In this document: positions 39,202 to 50,094 of the stretch, in pieces | Layout: every line of letters begins with the position of its first letter | Position numbering within the stretch: the first letter of the stretch is position 1 | Assembly (NCBI GenBank): GCA_963662405.2 | Contig: CAXXKT010000001.1 | Span: forward strand, 160,001-224,000 | DNA length: 64,000 bases | Direction of reading: 5' to 3' | Origin: Syntrophales bacterium | GTDB taxonomy: Bacteria > Desulfobacterota > Syntrophia > Syntrophales > UBA2210 | Made by a program: the position numbers and the translations under genes | Notes under the pieces: generated by a model | Database searches by the model: none | What the model saw: only the letters and a program-made list of their open reading frames with translations | Told to the model about the DNA's origin: nothing

Positions 39202-40218
39202 TCAATCCTTTACATAGAGATTCCCATCCACCTTCCCGCCGAAGAGGCGGTAGACCCACCCCTGATAGAGGGCAATGATCGGGACAAAGACCAGGACCAC
39301 CCCAAGCATAATCTTCAGGGTCATGGGGCTGGCCGCGGCGGTATGCGCCGTGAGGCCGGAGGCGCTATCCAGACTGGAGGGGAGCATCAGGGGGTAGAGC
39401 CCCACCACCCCGAAGGCGACCACACCGATGATGGACACGCAGGAGGCCCACCACGCCGCGGACCATGCACCCTTTGCGATCCGGAACCGGATCAGCGCCA
39501 TCCCCCCCACGGCAAGCAGGGGGATCACCAAGAGGACCGGCCGGTCCAGATACCGGACAAAGAGGTCGGTCCGGAGGGCGGAGAGGGCCAGAAAGACCGC
39601 CGCCGCCAAGAAAGTGAAGGTCCAGAGCCATGCCGCTGCGCTTCCCGCGCGTCCCTGGAGGGAACCGTTCGCCTTGACGGCAAGCCAGAGGGAACCGTGG
39701 AGGAGAAACATGCCGAGAAAGAAGAGGCCGCCCACGAGGGCGTAGGGATTCAAGAATGTCATGAAGGTTCCCTGATAGACCCCAGAGCCGTCAATAGGAA
39801 TACCGCGAAAGATATTCGCGAAGAGGACCCCGAAAAGAAACGCGGCCAGGAGGCTGCCGATAGCCAGCGCCCCCCGCCACAGGGACCGCCCCCTCTCCCC
39901 TTTCGTCTCCCCCCCCAGTTCGACGGAGACCGCCCGGAGGATCAGGGCGAAGAGGATAAGCATCAGGACGGAGTAGAAGGAACTGAACAGGACCGCGTAG
40001 AGGGCGGGGAAGGCGGCAAAGGTGACGCCGCCGGCCGCGACGAGCCAGACCTCGTTTGCATCCCAGAAAGGCCCCATGGCGAGGTAGATATCCCTCCGGT
40101 CACCTTCATTTCTCGCCAGGATCGGCTGGAGGGCACCGAGCCCCAGATCGAACCCGTCCAGGACGAAATAGACGGCCCAGAGGAGTCCCCATATGCCGAA
40201 CCACACCGTCTCGAGCAT
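39202..40218 (-). CDS. cydB: Cytochrome bd oxidase subunit II
   Basis: LDGFDLG, PFWDANEVWL, LILRAV. Confidence 0.95.
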   Translation of the reverse strand: MLETVWFGIWGLLWAVYFVLDGFDLGLGALQPILARNEGDRRDIYLAMGPFWDANEVWLVAAGGVTFAAFPALYAVLFSSFYSVLMLILFALILRAVSVELGGETKGERGRSLWRGALAIGSLLAAFLFGVLFANIFRGIPIDGSGVYQGTFMTFLNPYALVGGLFFLGMFLLHGSLWLAVKANGSLQGRAGSAAAWLWTFTFLAAAVFLALSALRTDLFVRYLDRPVLLVIPLLAVGGMALIRFRIAKGAWSAAWWASCVSIIGVVAFGVVGLYPLMLPSSLDSASGLTAHTAAASPMTLKIMLGVVLVFVPIIALYQGWVYRLFGGKVDGNLYVKD

Positions 40219-40220
40219 CG

Positions 40221-41531
40221 TTATGCCTCCCCTTTCTCCTCTGCGGGCCACCGGCGCGCATACCTGATCATCGTGACGAGGGCGGCCAGGGCAACCAGGG
40301 AATAGATGACGACAAAGGCCACGAGGCTGACGGCAATCTGGTAAGGCGCCACGGGCGAGGCCGCGTCCGCCGTCTTCATCAGGCCGTATACGATCCACGG
40401 CTGCCGCCCCATCTCGGTCACCGTCCACCCCGCCGCACAGACGACATAGGGGAGGGGAATGGACCAGATGAGGGTCCTCAGAAACCACGGGCTCCGGTTC
40501 AGGCGGTTACGCCGGAGCCACCCGTAGAGCATCAGCAGGACAAAGAGCCCCCCGAAGATCACCATGATACGGAAGGCATAAAAGACGACCGCCACCGGGG
40601 GAAGCTCGTCCGCGGGGAGATCGTTGAGACCGATCACCTCCGCGGCGGGATTGTGGTGCGCCAGGAGGATCATCACCCCGGGGATGGGAAAAAGCTCGAT
40701 CAGGTTTCCGCTGTTGTCCAACCGCGGGATCGCCACCAGATAGAGGGGGGCATAGGTCTGCGTCTCCCAGAGCGCCTCAAGGGCCGCCAGTTTCGCGGGC
40801 TGTTTCTCCGCCAGATCGGCCCCGTGCATATGCCCCTCCGCCACCACGAAGAGGGCGCACGCCAGGGAGAGATAGAGCGCCGGTCGAAACGACTTGGCGA
40901 ACAGGTCCCGCCCCTTCAGGATGTGGTAGGCACTGACCCCCATTACGACAAAACCGGAGAGGAGATAGGCCGCCCCCACCGTATGGAGAACGGTGAGAAC
41001 GGCGTATTCCTGTGTCACCACGCCGAGAAAATCGGTGATCTCAGCCCGTCCCCCCCGGATGGCGTACCCGACGGGGTGCTGCATCCACGAGTTGGCGATG
41101 AGGATCCAGAGCGCCGAGAGGGTCGAGGCGCCGGCAATGATCCACATGACCGCCGCGTGCATTCCGGCCGACAGCCGTTTCCACCCGAAGACCCAGACGG
41201 CCAGGAAGGTCGACTCCAGGAAGAAGGCGGCCGCGACCTCGATGGCCAGGAGGGGGCCGAAGACATCCCCCACATATGCCGAATACCGTGACCAGTTCGT
41301 CCCGAACTGGAACTCCAAGGGGAGCCCCGTAACCACGCCGATGACGAAATTGACGACGAAGAGTCTCCCCCAGAACCGTGCCATGGCGAGGTAGTCCTCG
41401 TCCCCCGTCTTGACGTACCGGGTCTCGATGATGGCGATAATAAGGGACAGACCCAGGGTCAAGGGGACAAACAGAAAATGGAAGTAGGTGGTCACGGCAA
41501 ACTGCACCCGCGAGAGCAACACGGCATCCAT
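40221..41531 (-). CDS. cydA: Cytochrome bd oxidase subunit I
   Basis: HFLFVPLTLG, EFQFGTNW, ANSWMQHP, QPAKLAA, GRQPW. Confidence 0.96.
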   Translation of the reverse strand: MDAVLLSRVQFAVTTYFHFLFVPLTLGLSLIIAIIETRYVKTGDEDYLAMARFWGRLFVVNFVIGVVTGLPLEFQFGTNWSRYSAYVGDVFGPLLAIEVAAAFFLESTFLAVWVFGWKRLSAGMHAAVMWIIAGASTLSALWILIANSWMQHPVGYAIRGGRAEITDFLGVVTQEYAVLTVLHTVGAAYLLSGFVVMGVSAYHILKGRDLFAKSFRPALYLSLACALFVVAEGHMHGADLAEKQPAKLAALEALWETQTYAPLYLVAIPRLDNSGNLIELFPIPGVMILLAHHNPAAEVIGLNDLPADELPPVAVVFYAFRIMVIFGGLFVLLMLYGWLRRNRLNRSPWFLRTLIWSIPLPYVVCAAGWTVTEMGRQPWIVYGLMKTADAASPVAPYQIAVSLVAFVVIYSLVALAALVTMIRYARRWPAEEKGEA

Positions 41532-41638
41532 AGCTTCAATCCCCTCCCTTCCCGATCAAGGCCCTGAACGCTGGGGCGGCGGTATCCGTTACCGCCGCCC
41601 CGCGGGATATTCTTTTCGCCGCTTTCCTGAGGCGAGTG

Positions 41639-42016
41639 TCAGTCTTTTTTCCACAGACCGTGGATATTACAGTATTCCCGGGCCGTAATCCGGTCGGCAT
41701 CGATACAGAACTCCGCCTCGGGGACATCACCCGGTTTGAGAAACCGTTTGTACACCCTCCCATCGGCGGTGGCCTCGATCCACTCGATATAGTGCTTCTC
41801 CTCCATCGGGTGCGGGGCCTCTCCGATGGTGACCTTGAAGCCGTTCGCCGTCTTCTCTATGACGGGGACATGCTTCTCCAGGGCCGCGTCGACCGCCCCT
41901 TCCTTGAACAGCTTCATCGGCTTTCCGCAGCAGACCAGCTCACCCTTCCCGCCGTGTATCACCTCGACGATGTTTCCGCACATCTCACACTTGTATATCT
42001 GATGTATCTCCGGCAT
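41639..42016 (-). CDS. dfx: Desulfoferrodoxin (superoxide reductase)
   Basis: [29 protein letters not shown]. Confidence 0.96.
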   Translation of the reverse strand: MPEIHQIYKCEMCGNIVEVIHGGKGELVCCGKPMKLFKEGAVDAALEKHVPVIEKTANGFKVTIGEAPHPMEEKHYIEWIEATADGRVYKRFLKPGDVPEAEFCIDADRITAREYCNIHGLWKKD

Positions 42017-42030
42017 GTTCATTCCTCCTT

Positions 42031-42510
42031 CTATGAATATTCTTCCCGCATCTTCGAGAGGATCTGAAAGTGCTTCCTCTCTTCGTTGATGATCCCGTCT
42101 ATGATTGGATGTTGACCTGCGGCTATAAACCCCTTCACCTCCTGATAGTAGAGGATGGAATCCACCTCGCGGTCGATCGCAAAATCGATCGCGGAGAGGG
42201 TATCGGTAATCCTTGCCAGCTCGGCGTCCATGACCTCTTTCTTGAAGATGAGCCTGTTGTCGGCATACCGATGAAGGTAAACGCCATACTCCCCCGGATA
42301 ACTCTCCGGCGGGGCAACGGTCCCTACACCGGCAAGCATCTTCTGAAAGAGGGCCTTGTGCTGGTCCTCCGCGTCGGCAAGCCAGCCGAACATCTCCTTT
42401 GCCTTTTCTTCCTTCGCCAGTTGCACCGCATACCGATAAAATGTCGCCCCATTCTCCTCGATCCTCATGGCAATCTTAAGGATATCGCCCGCCTCGAACT
42501 GACTTCCCAT
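42031..42510 (-). CDS. Ferritin-like/rubrerythrin diiron protein
   Basis: [20 protein letters not shown]. Confidence 0.88.
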   Translation of the reverse strand: MGSQFEAGDILKIAMRIEENGATFYRYAVQLAKEEKAKEMFGWLADAEDQHKALFQKMLAGVGTVAPPESYPGEYGVYLHRYADNRLIFKKEVMDAELARITDTLSAIDFAIDREVDSILYYQEVKGFIAAGQHPIIDGIINEERKHFQILSKMREEYS

Positions 42511-42524
42511 AGCATCCTCCTCTG

Positions 42525-43022
42525 TTATTCACAATTCATAAACCTGCCGTTATCCACCCCACAGATCGGGCACCGGTCAGGCACAATCCCGTCGGAAACG
42601 TAGCCGCAGACCGTACAGACATGGTAGGTGGTCTGTCGCTCCTCGAGGAGGTTGTCCATGGCCTCCTTGTAGAGCTTCGCATGCACCTCCTCCACGTCCC
42701 GCGACTGGCTGAAGTAGAGCGCCGCAGCCCGGTCACCGCTCTCCTCCGCCCTCTTCACAAATTCACCGTACGCCACCCCCGCAACCTTTTCTTCAGACTC
42801 GAAACTCTCCGCAAGATTCTCCTCGGTGGTCCCGACCCCCCTGAGCAGCCGGAGGGCCCTCTTCCCGTGGATCTCCTCGGAGCAGCCGATCACCCTGAAC
42901 AGCCGAGCCAGTTGGGGATATCCCTCTTCTTCGGCCTTTTCAGCAAAGGCCCGCAACCTCAGAAGCGCCTTGGCCTCACCGGCATAGGCCTGATGCACGG
43001 CCTCCCGCACGATATCGTCCAT
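42525..43022 (-). CDS. rbr: Rubrerythrin
   Basis: AYAGEAKA, SEEIH, VEEVH, C-terminal CTVCGY...CPICG. Confidence 0.92.
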   Translation of the reverse strand: MDDIVREAVHQAYAGEAKALLRLRAFAEKAEEEGYPQLARLFRVIGCSEEIHGKRALRLLRGVGTTEENLAESFESEEKVAGVAYGEFVKRAEESGDRAAALYFSQSRDVEEVHAKLYKEAMDNLLEERQTTYHVCTVCGYVSDGIVPDRCPICGVDNGRFMNCE

Positions 43023-43036
43023 AGGGTATCCCTCGC

Positions 43037-43744
43037 CTACTCAGGTTCGAACTCGTCCTTTGCCGCACCGCAGACCGGGCAGGTCCAGTCATCGGGCAGG
43101 TCTTCAAAGGCGGTCCCGGGAGAGATTCCCCCTTCGGAGTCACCCTTCTCGGGATCGTAGACATAGCCGCACACGCCGCAGACATATTTCTCCATATCCG
43201 TCCCCTTTCCTTTCGCTTCTCCTGCTTGACTTTCACCCGCACCCCCCTTGTAGGTGGGGGCATTCTTCGGCGCCTTTCCCTTCTTCACCTGCTGATAATG
43301 GGCATACGTCAGGGGCGTGCCCGCCTTCAGGACCTTCGCCCCGGTGATCTCGACGATAAAGACCGTGTGCGTCCCGGCGTCCGCGCTTCCGATGACCTTC
43401 CCCTCGAAACAGGAGAGTGCATTGTCGGTCACGATGGGACACCCCGTGACCCCCTCCTCGACCGTCACGCCCGCAAACTTATCTCCGTCTCTGCCGCTCT
43501 TGAAGCCGAACTGACCGATAAAGGGCATGGGCGTCTCTTCTTCGAGGACCATGGCGGCCAGGACACCGCTCTGTTCGATATACTCATGGGTGAGATTGCC
43601 CTTGTTGATGCTCACCGCGATCCGCGGTATTTCCGCGCAGACCTGGATGATCGAATTGGCGATCTGCCCGTTCGCCTTCTCTCCCGAAACCGACGTCACC
43701 AGATACAGGCCGTAAGAGATGTCCCAGAGTGCCTTGGTGTCCAC
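43037..43744 (-). CDS. Flavin reductase-rubredoxin fusion (high-molecular-weight rubredoxin)
   Basis: [38 protein letters not shown]...WTCPVCG. Confidence 0.92.
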   Translation of the reverse strand: MDTKALWDISYGLYLVTSVSGEKANGQIANSIIQVCAEIPRIAVSINKGNLTHEYIEQSGVLAAMVLEEETPMPFIGQFGFKSGRDGDKFAGVTVEEGVTGCPIVTDNALSCFEGKVIGSADAGTHTVFIVEITGAKVLKAGTPLTYAHYQQVKKGKAPKNAPTYKGGAGESQAGEAKGKGTDMEKYVCGVCGYVYDPEKGDSEGGISPGTAFEDLPDDWTCPVCGAAKDEFEPE

Positions 43745-43748
43745 AGAA

Positions 43749-44957
43749 TTATCCACGTTGCGTAACCTCCTTGAGTTTTCGTGCGAGATCCTTGCCCAGT
43801 GCCCAGCAGCGCGTGAGATCGTCACCGTCCGGCACATACTTCACCTTCAGCGGCCCGGCCGCCGGCGCCGCCTTCATCTCCCCCAGGATGTCACTGATCT
43901 GACCTGCGGCCTCGCCGCTCCAGCCGTAGGAACCGAAGGCGGTACCGATCAGATTCTGAGGCCGCAGGCCCTTCAGATAGGTCAGGACATCGGCCATGGT
44001 GGGGAAGAGGTTGTTGTTCAGCGTCGGGGACCCGGCCACGAGGGCCCCGGCATCGAGCATCTCATAGGCCGCGTCGCTCCGGTGGGAGGAGTGCATGGAC
44101 ATGACCTTCACCCGCGCCCCTCCCGCTACCAGCCCCTCCTCGATCGCCCGTGCCATCAGCTCCGTGCTGTGCCACATGGTGTCGTAGAGGACAACGGCCT
44201 TCATGGACGGCTCCTGCCGCGCCCATTGTCTATAGGAATCCATGATGGTATTGATTTCTTTACGCCGGACGGGACCGTGATCCGGCGCGACGATCCGGAT
44301 GTCGAGACCGGATTTCCCCACATCCTCCAGGAGTTTCACCACCTGGGGCGAGTACGGCATCAGGATGTTGGCATAGTAGGTAGCCGCCTCGTAATCGAGG
44401 ACGGCGGAGTCGATCTCGTCGGCGAACCGCTCGGCAGATGCCAGGTGCATCCCGAAGGCGTCCTGGGAGAAGAGGAGCCGGTCGTCCTCCAGATAGCTGA
44501 ACATGCTGTCTGGCCAGTGGAGCATGCGCGTCTCCGTGAAAGCGAGCCGCATGTTCCCGATGTCCAGCGTTTCCCCGCTCTTGAGGGGAACGATCCCCTC
44601 CAGACCGAAATGTTCCTTGAGGGCCTTCGCCCCCATGACGGAGGCGAATACCTTGTCCGGTTTCACCTCGTTGATGATTCTCCGCAGAGAGCCGGAGTGG
44701 TCCATCTCGGCGTGATGGGATACGATGTAGTCGATCTCCCCGGGGTTCACGACGGATGCGATCCGCGACAGGAGTTCATCCCCGAAGGGCTCCCGCACCG
44801 TATCCATCAGGGTGATCTTGTCGGCCATGATGAGGTAGGCGTTATAGGTACTCCCGTGCCGGGTGGCATACCCGTGAAAATCCCGTATCCCCCAGTCGAT
44901 CGCACCGACCCAGTAAACGTGATCACTGATCTTGACTGCCTTGTACGTACCTTCCAT
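43749..44957 (-). CDS. fprA: Flavodiiron protein (A-type flavoprotein)
   Basis: [29 protein letters not shown], flavodoxin domain FGSYGWSG. Confidence 0.95.
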   Translation of the reverse strand: MEGTYKAVKISDHVYWVGAIDWGIRDFHGYATRHGSTYNAYLIMADKITLMDTVREPFGDELLSRIASVVNPGEIDYIVSHHAEMDHSGSLRRIINEVKPDKVFASVMGAKALKEHFGLEGIVPLKSGETLDIGNMRLAFTETRMLHWPDSMFSYLEDDRLLFSQDAFGMHLASAERFADEIDSAVLDYEAATYYANILMPYSPQVVKLLEDVGKSGLDIRIVAPDHGPVRRKEINTIMDSYRQWARQEPSMKAVVLYDTMWHSTELMARAIEEGLVAGGARVKVMSMHSSHRSDAAYEMLDAGALVAGSPTLNNNLFPTMADVLTYLKGLRPQNLIGTAFGSYGWSGEAAGQISDILGEMKAAPAAGPLKVKYVPDGDDLTRCWALGKDLARKLKEVTQRG

Positions 44958-45233
44958 ATCGAGACCTCTTGCGCGGTAAAGAAAAATGTGCTTTGCCGGT
45001 AGGACATCCGGACAATCGGATGCTCCGTTTCACTCACAGGGAGTTACCAAGATCGGCACCACTTCATACGATGCAGTCATGAGTGATTTTTATTCTATGC
45101 GAAAAGGGGGCAAAAGGCAACCGCCTTCACCCGCTAGGATAGTCACGAAAAATTCGGAGTCAAGACGGGAGGCGGTTCTTCCCACTCCGAGTGATCTGAA
45201 GGAACGACACCATCAAGATCGTCTGAATTCACC

Positions 45234-46112
45234 TCACCCCTTCCTCCCTTTTCTCGACGCGATGACAATGGCGGAAAAAATGAGCATCATTCCAATGGCC
45301 TGAGCGATGCTGACCGTCTCTGAGAAAAAGAGGTATGCGAGGAGCGTGGCACCGACCGCCTCCCCGAGGATCGATATGGCAACCATCCCCGCCCTGAGAT
45401 GCCTGAGAGCCCAATTGATCGATGTGTGCCCGATGAGTTGCGGGATAACGGCCAAGAGCACAAGGTACAGATAAGAAAAAGATCGGTAGCCGGTAAAAGG
45501 GGTGCCCGTGAGAAGAGAGACCACAATCAGAAAGAGCGCACTCGTCGTATAGACGATGGTGATATAGGTAAGGATATCGAGGCGCTCTTGCACCCTGCTT
45601 CCTGTAATGAGATAGGCACTCGCCATCATCGCCCCCACCAGGGCGAGGGCATCTCCCGCCAGCGCCCTCTTGTCGAGCAGGATCAGGGCATGGAAGCCGC
45701 CATCCCCCACAGCGATGACGATGCTGCCGGTGAGACACAGGATCGTCCCTATGATGATTTCCTTGTGCTGTTTTTCCCTCAGGACCAACAAGGAGAAGAT
45801 CCCCACAAAGATGGGATTGGTGGTAACCAGGACCACGCTGCTCGCAACCGACGTATACTTCAGGGACGCGATCCAGGTTATGAAATGCAGCCCCAGAAAT
45901 ATCCCCCCGGCCATCGAAAAAAGAAGGTCCCTCCCTGATATTCTGAAGGACACCCCTCGTGTCAGGGCAAAGATCAGGAGGACACAGGAGGCGATACCCA
46001 GGCGATAGGTAGCTATCATGATTGACGGCACATCGTCGCAGAGTCTGATAAATATCGCCGCAAAGGAAATGGCGATTATTCCGATGCACAGTGTTGTAAT
46101 TGTTCGAATCAT
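45234..46112 (-). CDS. DMT (EamA) family transporter
   Basis: About 10 TMs; SLKYTSVASS, IPQLIGH, GEAVGA. Confidence 0.9.
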   Translation of the reverse strand: MIRTITTLCIGIIAISFAAIFIRLCDDVPSIMIATYRLGIASCVLLIFALTRGVSFRISGRDLLFSMAGGIFLGLHFITWIASLKYTSVASSVVLVTTNPIFVGIFSLLVLREKQHKEIIIGTILCLTGSIVIAVGDGGFHALILLDKRALAGDALALVGAMMASAYLITGSRVQERLDILTYITIVYTTSALFLIVVSLLTGTPFTGYRSFSYLYLVLLAVIPQLIGHTSINWALRHLRAGMVAISILGEAVGATLLAYLFFSETVSIAQAIGMMLIFSAIVIASRKGRKG

Positions 46113-46395
46113 CGTCTTCCATACCCTCGACACAAGTGATTCACCATGTCCCGGCCACCACGCCTCGCCGTGCCGTCCACGGCATTTCCTATCACATAAC
46201 GGGAACAAAGGAAATTATACCCTCCCGATACATACCCAAGAAGCGATTCTTCGCTCGTGTCCTCGTCGCTGTAGAAATCTTGTGATGCACACCCGATTGT
46301 GTTAGAAGCATATCTTTCATATTTTACGTGTCGTGAGGATGCGGGTCCGCCTGCCGGCGGCGCAGGCCTGGAATGGATATCATCAGGGATGTCGT

Positions 46396-47391
46396 ATGAT
46401 AGACAATCATAACAGAGAGATCAATTACCTGAGGATCTCGGTCACCGACCGGTGTAATCTGCGCTGCGTATACTGCATGCCGAAAGAAGGGGTCTCCTTC
46501 ATCGGTCATGATGATATCCTCCGATATGAAGAGCTGTTACGAATAGTGAAGATCGCCGTCAAGACCGGCATCACCAAGATCCGCGTGACCGGAGGAGAGC
46601 CTCTCGTTCGGCGGGAAATCATTGGATTTCTCTCATCTCTTCATGGGGTGGATGACCTCAAGGATATCAGTCTCACGACAAATGGGGTGCTTCTTGAAAA
46701 CTATGCCGAGGGAATTTTCGATGCAGGGATCGGACGGATCAATATCAGCCTCGACTCTCTGGTCCCCGAGAGATACCGGGCCATCACCTGCGGAGGGGAT
46801 CTGAAGGGCGTGATCAGGGGGATCAGAAAGGCGCAACAGACGGGATTTTCTCCCATCAAGATCAACGTGGTGGCTATCAAGGGATTCAACGATGACGAGA
46901 TACTCGATTTTGCGAAATTGACCCTGGATAAACCGTATCAGGTACGGTTTATCGAATTTATGCCGATAGGCAACTCCGCGATGGAAAACAGCCGCGGATA
47001 TTTTTCCAATGACGAGATTATCCGGCGCATCAATGCCTTCAGCCCCCTCCAGGCAGTCACCGACGAACCGGGCGCCACGAGCGGTCCGGCACGCCTCTAT
47101 ACCCTGAAGGGCGCGCGGGGAAAGATCGGGTTCATCAGTGCCATGAGTCACGGCTTCTGCAGTACCTGTAACCGACTCCGTCTGACGGCCGACGGGCACC
47201 TGAGGGCGTGTCTTCTCGCCGATGAACCGACGGCCGACCTCAAAACACCCCTGCGTTCCGGGTGCACCGATTACGAACTGGAGGCCCTCATACGAGATCT
47301 TATCGGAAGGAAACCAAACAGTTATACGATACACTGCCATCCGGACCAGAGAAGAAAGTGCGCAACAAATATGTCTTCAATCGGGGGATAG
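46396..47391 (+). CDS. moaA: GTP 3',8-cyclase
   Basis: LRISVTDRCNLRCVYCMP, TGGEP, FCSTCNRLRL, C-terminal SSIGG. Confidence 0.96.
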   Translation: MIDNHNREINYLRISVTDRCNLRCVYCMPKEGVSFIGHDDILRYEELLRIVKIAVKTGITKIRVTGGEPLVRREIIGFLSSLHGVDDLKDISLTTNGVLLENYAEGIFDAGIGRINISLDSLVPERYRAITCGGDLKGVIRGIRKAQQTGFSPIKINVVAIKGFNDDEILDFAKLTLDKPYQVRFIEFMPIGNSAMENSRGYFSNDEIIRRINAFSPLQAVTDEPGATSGPARLYTLKGARGKIGFISAMSHGFCSTCNRLRLTADGHLRACLLADEPTADLKTPLRSGCTDYELEALIRDLIGRKPNSYTIHCHPDQRRKCATNMSSIGG

Positions 47392-47438
47392 GAAAGTTCA
47401 CCGGTTGTCTGAGTTTCGGAAAATGAGGGGATAATCGT

Positions 47439-48173
47439 ATGATGAGCGGATCAAATTCTCCGGCTACATATTATATGGAGAAACGCGAGAAGGATCTGAT
47501 CCTCCGACTCTTGAAACCCGTCGATGGTGAACGACTGCTCGACGTGGGATGCGGGGAGGGGGATTGCCTTCGTCTCTTTCGCGTGAAGGGATGCAGCGTC
47601 ACCGGCATCGATCCGTCGGACGAGTTGCTCGATAGAGCACGGAAGAGACTGGGACAACGAGCCGATCTCTTCTCAGGCAGCGGTGAAGACCTCCCCTTTT
47701 CCGATAACGAATTCGACATCGTCACCCTGATCTGTCCCGACACGGCATGCAACCTCCGAAACACGCTCCACGAAGCGATCAGGGTATGTCGCGGCAGGAT
47801 ATTTATCGGGACGGTGAACCGCTTCTCGCTGTCACGAATACAAGAGGTACCGAGATCCGGTTTCTCCCCCCGGAAACCCGTGCGTTTATCGAGTGTCCCC
47901 GAGCTGATCCGTCTGGTCAAATCGACTCTCCCGGATACAGCTATCAAGTGGGGGAGCGTCCTCTTTTTCCCGCCCGCGTGGTACCCGACGGCCACTTTTT
48001 TCGACAAGAGAATTCCCGTCATGAAAAACGCCTTCGGGGCATTTGTCGGGCTTGCGTTCCCTGTTGTCTACACCCGTATAACCATTCAGGATCCCATCGG
48101 GGATAGGACAAAGGCACAAGCAACGGACCGGTTCCCCGCCCCCGGCGCCGCCCGCAGGAGGACGACCGAATGA
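47439..48173 (+). CDS. Class I SAM-dependent methyltransferase
   Basis: LLDVGCGEG, VTGIDPS, EDLPFSDNEFD. Confidence 0.85.
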   Translation: MMSGSNSPATYYMEKREKDLILRLLKPVDGERLLDVGCGEGDCLRLFRVKGCSVTGIDPSDELLDRARKRLGQRADLFSGSGEDLPFSDNEFDIVTLICPDTACNLRNTLHEAIRVCRGRIFIGTVNRFSLSRIQEVPRSGFSPRKPVRLSSVPELIRLVKSTLPDTAIKWGSVLFFPPAWYPTATFFDKRIPVMKNAFGAFVGLAFPVVYTRITIQDPIGDRTKAQATDRFPAPGAARRRTTE

Positions 48174-49198
48174 AAGAGGCACTTCTCTACGAAAAAATGA
48201 GCGACAAGGCCGTACGGTGTCATCTCTGCGCCCACCGATGCAAGATAGCCCCCTCAAAGAGGGGGATTTGCAGTGTCCGGGAAAACCGTGGAGGGACACT
48301 CTTCACGCTGGTACACGGTCTCTCGGCTGCCGAAAGCATCGATCCGATTGAAAAGAAACCGCTCTTCCACGTCTACCCAGGGTCAAAGTCCTACTCCATT
48401 GCCACTGTCGGGTGCAATTTCCGGTGCGAGTTCTGCCAGAATCACGAGATATCTCAACTGCCTCAGCAGGAGGGAAAAATCCTCGGACACCGTTCCACAC
48501 CCGAAGAGATCATCGAGAAGGTGCTCAAAGCAGGATCGAAGACCATTGCCTATACCTATACAGAACCAACCGTGTTCCTCGAATATGCCCTGGATATTGG
48601 GGAAATGGCCCATGGCGAAGGGATCAAAAATGTCTTCGTTACCAACGGCTTCATGACCGGCGAGGCCCTTGAATTGCTTGCTCCGTACCTTGATGCGGCG
48701 AATGTCGACCTCAAATCCTTTCAAAACGAGTTTTACAAAAAGAACTGTGGCGGGCGGCTCCAACCGGTCCTGGACAGCCTGAAAAAAATGAAGGACCTCG
48801 GTATTTGGGTCGAGGTAACGACCTTGATCATACCGACCCTGAACGACGGGACGGAAGAACTGAGAGACATCGCCCGGTATATCCATTCCCTCGGCCCCGA
48901 AACACCGTGGCACATCAGCCGATTCCACCCCCAGTATCGGATGTCGAATCTCCCTCCGACCCCCATCGAGACGATACACCTGGCGGCGGAAATAGGGAAA
49001 GAAGCCGGCCTCAAATATGTCTATGCCGGGAACGTTCCGGGAGATACGGGAGAAAATACCTACTGCTCGAACTGCGGGAAGCTCCTGATTAAGAGATACG
49101 GATTTAACGTCGAAGAGATCGACCTGAGAGGATCGAGTTGTCCGTCCTGTAAGACCCCGTTGGACGGAATCCTGAGCGAGGACCAGGATTCCATTTAA
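48170..49198 (+). CDS. amrS: AmmeMemoRadiSam system radical SAM enzyme
   Basis: DPIEKKPLFH, GCNFRCEFCQNHEISQ, AYTYTEP, HISRFHP. Confidence 0.93.
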   Translation: MKEALLYEKMSDKAVRCHLCAHRCKIAPSKRGICSVRENRGGTLFTLVHGLSAAESIDPIEKKPLFHVYPGSKSYSIATVGCNFRCEFCQNHEISQLPQQEGKILGHRSTPEEIIEKVLKAGSKTIAYTYTEPTVFLEYALDIGEMAHGEGIKNVFVTNGFMTGEALELLAPYLDAANVDLKSFQNEFYKKNCGGRLQPVLDSLKKMKDLGIWVEVTTLIIPTLNDGTEELRDIARYIHSLGPETPWHISRFHPQYRMSNLPPTPIETIHLAAEIGKEAGLKYVYAGNVPGDTGENTYCSNCGKLLIKRYGFNVEEIDLRGSSCPSCKTPLDGILSEDQDSI

Positions 49199-49443
49199 GG
49201 GTCAGGTGCCACATCATCTTCTTCATACCGATCCGCGAGCACCGTAAGCGCCTGCTTCACCTGCTCCGCGGGTACCATTACCTCGACCTTTCCGAGACCG
49301 TCGATGGTCAAACCATAGATAGCCCCCACCGCTTCGTAATGAAACGTGACCGGGATCCCTTCCGTTTCAAGTCTTCCGGCAACGATATTCGCGTTGATCA
49401 TCCCTGCCGCCACATGAACAACTTTCCACCTTTTATCTTCCAC
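49195..49443 (-). CDS. DUF2007-like small protein
   Basis: ANIVAGRLETEGIP...GLGKVEVMVP. Confidence 0.75.
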   Translation of the reverse strand: MEDKRWKVVHVAAGMINANIVAGRLETEGIPVTFHYEAVGAIYGLTIDGLGKVEVMVPAEQVKQALTVLADRYEEDDVAPDP

Positions 49444-50094
49444 CAAACCGTCCCCTCTCTCTCACAGAAATAACCCAACACACCAACCGTTTCTTGTCAT
49501 ACAATTCGCCGGATCTCTCCACCTCTCCCTTATTCATTATCGATATTTGGGCATCGTCGCGCAAATCATTTTTCTGAAAAGAATCACCGGCGTTACCATT
49601 AAGTTTCGGTGTATCAGGCGTCTCCGAGCGTTGCCTGCTGTTATGGTTTCAAGTTTCTTGAAGGACTTTTCTCCCATTGGTACGTGGGTCCCCCCACCTG
49701 CCGTGATGTCGGCATATGCCGACATTATCCCCTACCGTCAGGCTCGGTCTATGCTTCTTGAGCCTATCGAGGCGGTCCAAACGGAGGTTGAAGGCCGGGC
49801 CTGAAACAGAGAGAACCGCCCCTCTACGGACAGGACGGCCCGGCATGACCCCGCCTCGCTCTTAAAAAATCAGGTCTTCACGGTAGGTATCGTGAGCGGA
49901 GTGCGCAACAACCATCATGAGGAACAAATAATTATTCAGAGGGATGTGTTTGTCCTCGCACAGAAAAAATTGCCAGTCAGGCACAGATTATCACCATCAT
50001 GAGCCATTATGCGATCTCAACAATTGACAAAAGCCCCAAAACTGTAGAAAGTAAGGATCGGTTACTTTGATTTCCAGATGAAAGGGTATTCACG

